Source of the DNA: Saccostrea echinata
Taxonomy: Eukaryota
Length of the DNA stretch: 64,000 nucleotides
Assembly (NCBI RefSeq): GCF_033153115.1
Contig: NW_026889803.1
Span: forward strand, 46,686,001 to 46,750,000
Direction: 5' to 3'
In this document: piece by piece, positions 13,801 through 25,800 of the stretch
Layout of the letters: every line of letters starts with the position of its first letter
Position numbering within the stretch: the first letter of the stretch is position 1
Program-made: the position numbers and the translations under genes
The notes under the pieces: generated by a model
What the model saw: only the letters and a program-made list of their open reading frames with translations
What the model was told of the DNA's origin: nothing
Databases searched by the model: none

Positions 13801-16800
13801 AAGATATTTTTATCAAACTTCATATGCTGATAGATATTGATGAGGGCTATGCAACTGCATCAACATTTTTTGACCTTGACCTTTCCTTTGACCTTGACCT
13901 CACTTTTCTTAAATTAGTGTTTAGCTCAGTTTTAAAGATACCATTCAAGATAGTGTAATCAAACTTCATATGTTGATACATACTGATGTAAGCTATTCAA
14001 TTGCATCAACATTTTTTTGACCTTGACCTTTATTTTGACCTTGACCTCACTTTTCTTAAATTAATGTTTAGCTCTGTTTTAATGAAACCATTCAAGATAT
14101 TTTTAACAAACTTCATATGCTGATACATACTGATGAGAGCTATTCAACTGCATCAATATTTTTTACCTTGACCTTTCCTTTGACCTTTACCTCACTTTTC
14201 TTAAATAAGTTTTTAGCTCAGTTTTAAAGATACCATTCAAGATAGTGTTATCAAACTTCATATGCTGATACATACTGATGAGAGCTATTCAACTGCATCA
14301 ACATTTTTTGACCTTGACCTTTCCTTTGACCTTGACCTCACTTTTCTTAAATTAGTGTCAAACTTCATATGCTGATACATACTGATGAGAGCTATTCAAC
14401 TGCATCAATATTTTTTGACCTTGACCTTTCCTTTGACCTTGACCTCACTTTTCTTAAATTAGTGTTTAGCTCAGTTTTAAAGAAACCATTCATAATATTT
14501 TCATCAAACTTCATATGCTAATACATACTGATGTAAGCTATTCAACTGCATCAACCTTTTTTGACCTTGACCTTTCCTTTGACCTTGACCTCACTTTTCT
14601 TAAATTAGTGTCAAACTTCATTTACTGATACATACTGATGAGAGCTATTCAACTGCATCAATATTTTTTGACCTTGACCTTTCCTTTGACCTTGACCTCA
14701 CTTTTCTTAAATTAGTGTTTAGCTCAGTTTTAAAGAAACCATTCATAATATTTTCATCAAACTTCATATGCTAATACATACTGATGTAACCTTTTTTAAC
14801 TACATTAACATTTTTTGATCTTGACCTTTCCTTTGATCTTGACCTCACTTTTCTTAAATTAGTTTCTGAATCAAACGTCATATGCTGATACATACTGATG
14901 TAAGCTATTCAACTGCAGCAATATTTTTTGACCTTGACCTTTCCTTTGACCTTGACCTCACTTTTCTCAATTTGTGTTAAAATGTTGTATTACTAATATA
15001 CCCTTGGCGGGGCATTCATGTCCTATGGACATATTTCTAGTTTTTCTTTACACAATCACATCTTGTTTATCCACTGTTTTATCCAATTAATATGTGGTGT
15101 ATAATTGTCTGTTGTAATGGCTTTCTTTACAGGAACATCTCTTTTGCCGCCACATTTGGACTTCTTTAACTACAGTCGTTATGACAACAGCAGTTTGAGT
15201 GGGCGTAATGGTAGAGACAGCTCCTCTTCCTCCTCCTCCACCAGTATCAGTAATGGAACAGAGGAGCCGATGTTTACACCGGTCAGTTAACACACACAAC
15301 ACTATATAACACTGAGTTATTCTGATATGGTCACTCATTGACTCCCTTTTGTAAATACATTTAATGAATTACTAGGTTTACATCTTAATAGAGTTATCAT
15401 TTGACAGAATTGACAGTTCAAAGCCTAACTTGATAGATAATTACATGTTTCTGATCGGATTGTATTATCGTAGATAACCAAATTTTTGTGAGACTTTTAT
15501 TCATGACAAAATTTTTTAGGATTTATTAGCTAAACAAAATTTTCATGAACGTTGGTTATTGTTTTATATAATCTTTAATAATAAAAATATGTAAATGTGT
15601 GCAAGAATGAAATTTTTGCCAGAAGTCAGTCTTGCACAATTACACAAAAATAAAGTTCTCACGAATAAAAAGTGATTTACAGTATGTAAATTTGTAATAA
15701 GATTAAATGCTATTTTCAGGTGAACAAATTTACAACACCATGTAAGAAGGCTGCCCGAGCCAGTGCGGGTACACCAGAGACATGTAGGGGTCTGGCTGGA
15801 GTCAAAAGACTAGACAAGACACCAAAAACCAAGTCACCTCTCGCTCGCCGTGGACGGCCTGCAAGGGCATTGAACATCACTCCTGTCAAAACTCCACCTA
15901 TTAAAGAGACCTCACCATCAAAGATCATCAACAACAGGCTCGGAAAGAGAAGATTGGGAAAGGATAGACTAGCTTCCAAGAGGAAGGCTGTGGCCACACT
16001 GACCCAAAAGGCTCCACCTGTCAAGTTCAAGAAAACAGAACCTGCTGAAGAACAAAATAAAGCTAACAAGGTAACAAAAGCACTTGGTGTTGCTTGTAGT
16101 GACATTGTATCCTGTAGTTTGCATGGTAGAATGGTGGACTGCACTTGTCTTGTGGAATGCCAGAATATATTTACACCAGCATATAGCACTAACATAGATG
16201 CTTCTCTCACCAACTTATGTATCTCAAACTTCCCTGACCTGTTTCCACTTATCCCTCCTGATTTCTACAATCTGTCTGAGAATGATCATCCGCCTGAATT
16301 GTACTCTGATGTACAAGAGGAGTGTGACCTAGTAAACAAAGATAATGCAGAGAATGTCCAAACATCAGATGGTAACATGCTTCAGACTGTCCAGTCAGAA
16401 GTTACAGAAGACATCAAAATGTTGACTGATGACATGTTGGATGCTGCTAAGCAGAATTCCCCTGTAGAGAAAGCCATTGCGACAGTGATTCAGACTCGTT
16501 TGTCCGATGATGATGTTCTGTTTGCTACCTCTGCCATCAAGATTTGTAAAATAGAGACAGAAGAACAGCAAACTAATTCTGGTACCAGTGTACAACCATC
16601 ACATCAGACAGAGGAAGGAGTAGAGGAGATGCTTACTTTGAAGGAGGAACAAGATCTTTCTGATGAGGAGTATCAGTCTATTTTGTCTTCTAATGGATTG
16701 ACCTATTTACAGGAAATACCAGAGCTTGTTCTGAAAGAGGAACCAGATTTCCTTGATTTAGATCATGGAGGTTTAAGTGTATTTTCTGAGCCATTTTTAC

Positions 16801-19800
16801 AACCAGGGAACACAAATGACTTAGCATCCAGTAATCCTGAATCAGCTTGCTCCAACTCAGTCCAACAAGAGGGACAGATTTGCACTTTATCACAAGATAC
16901 AACTTTATCAAACCAAGATCAGTTTTATCCTGAAGGTGATGCTGTGAACAAGAAAGAGTCTCCAAACACTGTTTTGAATACTTCTCAGACTTCTGCACAT
17001 TCATTTTGTGTGGAAGTGCGAAGAGTCCCTGACCATGAAGTCATATGTAGTGGTAAGAGTTGTGATGTGACTAAAAGTACATACCCAGGAAATGTTACAG
17101 ATGATTCCAAAATGGAAGATACAGGTTTGTCTTACGTTCAGAATGGGGATAATATCTCAGATATCAGGAAGATCACTTCGCCATCACTAGCAGGTGACCT
17201 GTTTTATGAAAATCAACAAAAGCTAAAGAGTTCTACAGAATTGATGTCTAACAGTGAAGCCTGTATTGTTGGTGCTAACAAACCTCAAGATTTTGAGTAT
17301 AGGCATACTGCAGCAGGTTTGGAATATACCAAAAACTCTGAAAATAAACCAGTGTATGAACAGGATAAGGATGTTCCTCTAGATCTAAGTTTACCAAAAG
17401 AGCAAAAGCATGGATCAGGAAAGAATACTGAAATTTGTAACAGGGATCTTTCTCTGATTCCTCTAAGCTCAGAAAGACTCATACATGTACCCTCTTTACT
17501 CAATCAGGGTATTACTTCTATAAAGATAGAAACAGACAAAATCATCATTCATCACAAATCTAAGAGAGAGCAAACTGAGATGTCATCAAATGAACAGATT
17601 GTTAAACACCTAGGAATTGGCCTCAAGGTACAGAACAGGTGTGATGAGAGAAGACAGGTCAATGTTGTTCTGCCTTATTGTTTAGTTAAGAGTGATGTTT
17701 CTTCAAAGGTTGTTGCCCCTCTAAACAACAGCATGAATGTTGATACTGAGGAACTGAAATCACCTGGACGTGTGGACTGTAGTGGAGATCAAATTGTACC
17801 ACTTGACCTACATACAGATTCCAATAAAGAAACATTTGCAGCAGAGGAAACAGATTCCAATCTACCAAAACTCCATGCAGTTAATTGTTTGTCCTTGAAG
17901 CGACCACTTATGATTAAGACAGATGCAATTAAGCTAGGAAGTAATGTCTTTCAGAGGCCTCCACATATGCCAGGGATTGTCTGGAAATCAAATAAAAAAC
18001 CTGTAATCGATTTCGCAAAATCCAAAGGTCAGCCTTTTAGTGATGTTCATTTCCCACAATCCATCAGTCGACCTCTGAGTGATACATCCTCTATGGAGAC
18101 ATTGTCCAATGATACCCAGAGCCACCCAGCACCACTTATCAACCATTCTTCCTATGAATTAGAAGAGAAACATTGCTCTGGCTCTCAGAATCACCATGCA
18201 CCACTTGCCACACATTCTACACGGCAGTTGTCGCATGATTCAGTAATGACACCCACCTCTATCTCAGACAGACACCTGTTGCCACTGACAGAACAGTCTG
18301 CACGGCAGATATCCCGGAATTCAAGAGAGAAGCTTCCCAGTATCACCCAGACAAACCTGATGCCTGATCTATTAAGGAACCTCAATGATTGTCTAAATAT
18401 GAGCAGGAAGGAAGCAGAAGTGTCTGAGACTGCTGCTGTGTCAGTTCTTACTGATGATTCTCTACAGAAACCAATGGTTACTTCATACCTCTCCCCACCT
18501 CTGCAGCCAACAATTCCTCAGGAATCTCTCTCATCAGAGAGTGAGACAGATAATGTGAGGTTTAAATGCAGAAAAGACTTTCTAAAGGAATTTCGGATCC
18601 ACCCTTCAGAAGTTGATGAGAATTGCAATACCAGAGTTTCACAGTCTCAAGCCTCTCCTTGGTTTGGACAGTATGTACAGCATGGACTTTTAGATAGCAG
18701 TAACAATAATGATGTTGAGACTAAGGATAAAGGAAAACATGGAGAAAGCAAGGATACAGAGCAACATCAATCAAACACTCCTTCATCACAGTTGATGGAT
18801 TCCATGGAAAACTGTCAGATTCTCAATGTTGATTCTCATATTCTTCAGGAAAACAAGAGAAAATCTTGTGATGGAAGTTATAGTAGTAAATCTATTGATG
18901 AAAATAGGAACATCCTAATCATGGACAGAAATATACATGACAGAAATAATTGTTCTGTTCCCAATATAAACTGCCAGCAAAGGAAGGGGTTGTACCCTTT
19001 ACCCCCTGCTATAATGTCCTCATGGTATTTCTAATGCATGTATACTCTGGTATATGCACCATGTGCCTGAACTTTTTTCTCTAGTCAATTCTAATAAGAC
19101 ATTTTAAAATTTAAAACGATGATACTTGTATTATGATAATTGATTTAAAGTAGCTGATCAAATAATGAGTTGAAAAATACTAACCCAGCATTGAGAACAC
19201 ATATTCTAAAAATTCAACATAGAGGTCAATTTACAAAGACCAAATATAATTTTGTGAATAACTTTCTTCTTTACATTAATATGGAAATGGGATTAATATT
19301 TTTTAAAAAGAATTTTGAAAGTTATTTTCATGCAAACAATTTTTGAAAGAATGGTAAATTTTGTAATATTTTTACAATCAAATAGTTTTTGATCTTAGTT
19401 GCAAGTTTTTTTGTAAAAGAGAGCACAGGTTGTTTATGCAATCCATCTTTCAGATAAATCACTGTGCTGATGGAAGAGTATAAACAAAAATATTGTAAAA
19501 CCTCTGATATTTTTGTAATGTAACTCTAAATCTAGATACAGAATCTTTTTTGTTTTAATACTTTCTTTTTCTTTTCTATACATACAAAAATTAACATCTA
19601 AGGTGATTTTGTATGAGGTAGAATTCTCAGCTTTTATCTCTTGAAGTATTATAAACAATTACATTAAATATGCCAGTGCTTTAAATATTAGTGCTTTTGT
19701 TACACACTAGCTGGTGCTTACTGAATTTACTCATTATGTTTGCATTTTCTAGAGATGTGTTAATTTTGGTATATCTGTCTCACAGAAATGTTTTGTTTTT

Positions 19801-22800
19801 GTTTGTATTATGTGCTATGGTATAGGTTCTTGTTTGTAATGTTATTTAGTTTGCTGTTTGGATTTATAAAATGTTAACAGGAGAGTTAAGGTTTCACTTC
19901 AAATAAAAGCATAAATTTAACATCTTCTTTATGGTTTGAATTAACAAATGGGTGAACCGATTTGAATATATATAACATAAATTGGAAAATGCATTAGTTC
20001 TTGTTAAACTTTTTTTTATATACAGCCACCTAAGTGTGCCTTGCAGGTGACTCGACAAACGTCCAAGAAACGACCAATCGGACCAAAGATCAATAAAGTA
20101 ATGACACTGCCTAATGACTATATTGCCATGCGGTTACCACGGAGACAAGCGAAGCAAAATGCACTCAAATTTTACATGGAGGATCTCGATGACGTTGAAG
20201 AGCGTTCAACATCTGATGATGAAGTCACATTCCCTCATAAAAGAAAATTTAAAGAATTCATGTCTGAAGCTCATGATTTCCCTTTTAAAAATTCTAGATT
20301 TAAAAAAATGAATAAAAATTCACTTAAATCTACAACACATGGTAGACAGCTGTTAAGGAATAGGTTAAAATTTAATAAAGATTTTAGTCATGGTGAAAGA
20401 AGAAGTACTAGATCATCTAGCAAATCGAGTGACTCCAACTCTACTGAAAGTAGTGATGTTTCCAAGAGAAATGTCAATCAGGATTTCAGTGGCTCAAATA
20501 TTAAAAGTAATAAAGATAAAAGTAATAATGATAAACATCAAACAAATGTCCCTGAGCGCCGTCCAGTTCGACAACAACGTGTTACGAGATTGTCAGAATC
20601 CAATACTCATCCCAACAGTAACTCGGAATCATCACCTGAACAACCAAAGACGAGAAAAAATAGTGGTAAGTATGATGGAAAACATGTCAGTGTATCTCAT
20701 TAAGCATTTTCTTAGAGAATATTCTGATTTATAAAATGTGTTCAAAATTGGATAAATATCACTTATTTTGTTTATCAGTTGTCTGCAGATTCAATTGACA
20801 TGCTTTCTATATACAAAATGGATTGTAAAAGCAATAAAAAGAGTTATTTTAATTCATACTTTTTATGGTTCAAAGCTTTTAGTATATTATTGAAACATTT
20901 CTTTCATTAATTATTTACTTGTATGATCATATATTTGTTAATATGAGTTAAGATCTAGCATGATGTTTTCATTGTCATTTCAGTTGGATCTAAGAATCTG
21001 AGATTACGGGATTCAGAGAGTCCTTTAAAATCCCTGCGGTCAGACACACCACAATCTCCCCGTGAGATCTCTACTAGCCTTACTGAAATACCAACCTTTT
21101 ACCCGACCGAGGAAGAGTTTCAGCGCCCCCTACAATACGTCCAGAGCATTGCTCCAAGAGCAGAACCATATGGGATGTGTAAAATCATACCCCCAGTCAG
21201 CTGGAAGGTACGCTAAACTAGGTGTGATATCCAAGCTGAAATAAAAACTTTTTCTACATCATATTTTTTATTGGAGAAATGAGATGTATTCATTTTTATA
21301 TCTATGTTTTACTTTTGGATGCAGATGGAAGGTAAAATCAGTGAAGATATAAGGTTTACCTCTCAGAAACAGTATACACACAAACTGTTTAAAAGGTAAC
21401 TTGTTCAATAGTTTCTCACAAATAGCAGAAAATTCTGTCAATTGTGTATATTGCAATAATGATTTGAACTTTAAATTCATTTCAAAGAGTCCTCATGATT
21501 AACATTATCTGAGATAAAAACGTAATATACACATTCATTTTTCAGGTTTGGCCCAAATGTGGAGAAGCTAGAGTGTATCAGAAAACATCTGGAAGCTTTA
21601 AATCCAGCAGAACAAATCCAGATACCAGAGGTACAGTTTCACAAGTTTCATTACTTGAAACAGACAATCAGTAAATGATGTTTGATGTTGAAAAAAAGAA
21701 TGTGATGACTGTTACCACTAGCTGTTTTTAAGTTGGCATGACTGTGTATTGGGACTGTATTTGATGTAGATAGGAGGGGTGGAGCTGGATGTTTGTGACC
21801 TGGACAGAACGATTCAGGACTTTGGTGGAATGAGGCATGAAGTGGAGAAAAAGAAGTGGGCCAGAGTGGCTGATGCTATGAATGTTCCAAAAATGGTAGA
21901 ATGTGCATTTTTAATTTTAAGTTCTTATTCACATTGATTTCTTATTCTCAATGAGTTTTCACTGATTGTCATTCCAGTTTGTAGAAGAATTAATTTCTTC
22001 ATGAAGATGAAATCTATGATAAATATCAAGAATAAACATTGGATTCTTTCTCATTTTTTTTTTTTTTTTTGAATTTGTATCCATGTTTAGATTAAGTTCA
22101 TTCTTTGTTGACAATGTTTGATGTTGCTATATTGTAGGCACAGGATCGAGGCACTAAACTGTATGATGCATACTGTAAGTTTCTGCTTTCTTACAATGAC
22201 TTGACTGCCGAGGAGAAATCTAAACTTGAAGGTCAGGTCAAGGCTGAGAGAATGAAGGTCAAACGAGAGGACCAGGAAGAAGACTGTATTGTCAAGGTAG
22301 AGAAACTTAAACATTGTAATGTTTTGGTTGAAAGTTACAGGTAACTAATATGTTTTGTAGTTACATGTATTACATTTACAATGTGCTCAATTATCAGGGA
22401 AAGAACATGTCCTTGGGTCGATTTATTCAGATGGCTAGGAACACTGCCTCACAACACCTGAAGGAGCAGACCCTAAAAACAGAGGAGTTGGAGGTATGCC
22501 CCCCAAAATAAGACAAAATAAACACAAAAAACAAACAAATGTCACTGAGATTTACAGTGTAATTATATGGCTATTGTATGAGATAAGTATATGTACATGT
22601 ATAATAATTGTAGAGTATTTAACAAAAGACAGAAAAATCCAGCTTTTTTTTATTAGTGATACAGTGTACTAGTTTTACTGTCTCCGTACTACCTCATTAT
22701 TTTACTGAATTACTGTCTTCACTAGTTTGCACCTATAATAAGCTTGGTTGTTATTTCATTTTAGAAACAGTTCTGGGAGATAGTCGGGAGCAGGACCAGA

Positions 22801-25800
22801 CATATAGCAGTCCATGGAGGCCATGTAGACACAAAAACCCAGAACTGTAGCTTATTTCCTACCAAAAAAGAAAACCATTACTCTAAGTAAACATTACATA
22901 AAATCTGACTTATCAGATATAGGATACAATGATACCAAATTACAAAAATTGTGCATGTATGGTATCCAGTATTTTTGCACATGCCATTAAAAAAAAATAG
23001 AACGAAATTGATAATTAAATGCCTTAAAATTATTTTTGCCAGTGCCAGTGTAGAACTTAAATGATTGTGTTAATTTTAGACATCCCTGGAACCTGAATCT
23101 GCTCCCACAACATTCCCAGTCTCTGTTGAGATACCTAGGACCCGTACCAGGTAAATATATCAGAATCTAGAACTCTTATCTCAGACAGTCTCTGCTGAGA
23201 TACCTAGGACCTGTACCAGGTAAATATATCAGAATCTAGAACTCCTATCTCAGACAGTCTCTGCTGAGATACCTAGGATCAGTACCAGGTAAATATATCA
23301 GAATCTAGAACTCCTATCTCAGACAGTCTCTGCTGAGATTCCTAGGACCCATACCAGGTAAATATATCAGAATCTAGAACTCCTATCTCAGACAGTCTCT
23401 GTTGAGATACCTAGGACCCGTACCAGGTAAATATATCAGAATCTAGAACTCTTATCTCAGACAGTCTCTGCTGAGATACCTAGGACCTGTACCAGGTAAA
23501 TATATCAGAATCTAGAACTCTTATCTCAGACAGTCTCTGCTGAGATACCTAGGACCCGTACCAGGTAAATATATCAGAATCTAGAACTCCTATCTCAGAC
23601 TGTCTCTGCTGAGATACCTAGGACCAGTTCCAGGTAAGTATATTAGAATCTAGAACTCTTATCTCAGACAGTCTCTGCTGAGATACCTAGGATCAGTACC
23701 AGGTAAATATATTAGAATCTAGAACTCTTATCTCAGACAGTCTCTGCTGAGATACCCAGGACCCGTACCAGGTAAATATATTAGAATCTAGAACTCCTAT
23801 CTCAGACAGTCTCTGCTGAGATACCTAGGACCAGTACCAGGTAAGTATATTAGAATCTAGAACTCTTATCTCAAACAGTCTCTGCCGAGATACCTAGGAT
23901 CAGTACCAGGTAAATATATCAGAATCTAGAACTCTTATCTCAGACAGTCTCTGCTGAGATACCTAGGATCAGTACTAGGTAAATATATCAGAATCTAGAA
24001 CTCTTATCTCAGACAGTCTCTGTTGAGATACCTAGGACCTGTACCAGGTAAATATATCAGAATCTAGAACTCTTATCTCAGACAGTCTTGAGATACTAGG
24101 AGCTGTACCAGATAAATTTTTCATAATCTAGAACTCTCATCTCAGTTTTTGCTGAGATACCTAGGATCTGCATCAGGTAAATATTTCATAATCCATTAAT
24201 ATCTTCTTGGGCAGTAACTGGACATTTGATGTATAGTATCGTTCACAAAATGCTAATGGAGAGAAAAAAATTCTGCTTGCTCATTATACAAAGTTTTATA
24301 CCTTCCAACAGTACAGTAAATCGTAGAATGAGACATATTTTCTTCAGATTGAGAGAAGAGAAAGGCTGGAGATTTTTATTTGGCAGGCAGCATGCTTTGT
24401 CACTGAATTCCTAATTTCAATACAGTATGTTAATTTTTAGGAGTAACAGTACCCACTCTACATGTTGGTATGCTGTACACTGCCTCCTGTTGGTCCACTG
24501 ACATCCATCATCTGCCATACGTCCAGTATTTACATGGAGAGGGGGACATTGTGTGGTGAGAAACCCAGCAATATTAATGTCTCTTTATCAAATGAAAACC
24601 ATTATGAATTTTATGGATTATTGATACAGCGATTAGTTGATTTTTCAGTCAGAGCAATTCTTTTTAAATACAGAAGTTAGTCATCGATTACTGGGTATTA
24701 TGAATGTTTTAGAATTATGCACTTTTCTTTCTGACAAATACCAATTAACCACATTTACTCCAGTATTGTAATCCTGTATAAAGAAAGTGTTTAAATTAGT
24801 AACTAGTACCTTGTATGTAGGGCCAAAGTGTGCTTTCATATTAAAGTTGAAGCATTGTCATAGAAAAAAAATGCTTTGTTTAACCATACTATCTGGAACA
24901 CTGCAGGCTGATAAATCTTCCAAGTTAGAATGCAGATTTTTTTTAGATTTGAATTCCTAATACATGTACATGTATAATCAGAACAGTAGACTTACTTACT
25001 GTGATACTTGATATATTGTAGTTTCAGATACCAAACTTCAAATATACATGTGTGTTCTTATATAGAACTGTCTTATCCCTTCCTCATAGGTCATGACTTT
25101 AACAACTTAACTGTATATTTTAGGTATGCTGTGCCAGCTCAAGAGGAGGCCAAGTTTAAATCTGTGATGAAGGAGGTTATTCCAACTCTAGTCAGTAACT
25201 CACCCCGATGGCTCAAAGAGGACACTGCTATGGTCAGTTACACATTGGAATTGCGTAGAACATTAATTAATGATACATTTGTAATTTAAGGGCGTACCTT
25301 AGACAAAAAGAAAATTAGCATACATTACCAAGGGTTTTGAATAAATATTAAATGATGAAAATTCTTTAAAGAAAAGCAATAATTATGTAACACTGTGATA
25401 AACATTCCATGGTCCTCTCTGTCCTTCATAAAGACTTTCTCTGTTTAATTTCTTATCTACAGGTGCCTCCTGAGATTCTCCTACAGAAGGGGGTCCACTT
25501 GAGTCGTTGTGTTCAGTCTCCCCACCAGTTTGTGGTTGTCTTCCCTAAATGTTACACTGCCACTATCAGCTGTGGATACACTCTCGCTGAGTCAGCTCAC
25601 TTTGCAACTAAAGAATGGATTCAGCTTGGCTTCCAAACAGCTGAGGTAGAGGAATCTTGCTTTGTTTTTTTTTTTATTTTGACAAATGAGCATAAAAACA
25701 TCATCCATGGCTTTAAAAAGTTGGCTCCTGGAAATATGTTGCCCTGGATATAACTGCTGCCTAAATAAAGTCAGGAAAAAAATCTTCTGGAATTGTTTTC

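Noticed and set aside
15716-16213. 165-aa antisense ORF and the other short ORFs in the track
   Set aside because: They are shadows of real exons or lie in repeats and AT-rich introns; no recognisable domains.
15720-19034. Independent nested gene or transposon ORF
   Set aside because: It begins at a JARID2 splice acceptor (GTG, not ATG), shares its first 117 codons with canonical exon 5, and shows no transposase or RT motifs, TIRs or LTRs.
23118-24185. CRISPR-like array
   Set aside because: Eukaryotic intron; units are head-to-tail with no unique spacers and derive from JARID2 exon/intron sequence.
24490-24505. Inactive JmjC as a novelty
   Set aside because: Loss of Fe-binding residues is a known property of JARID2.
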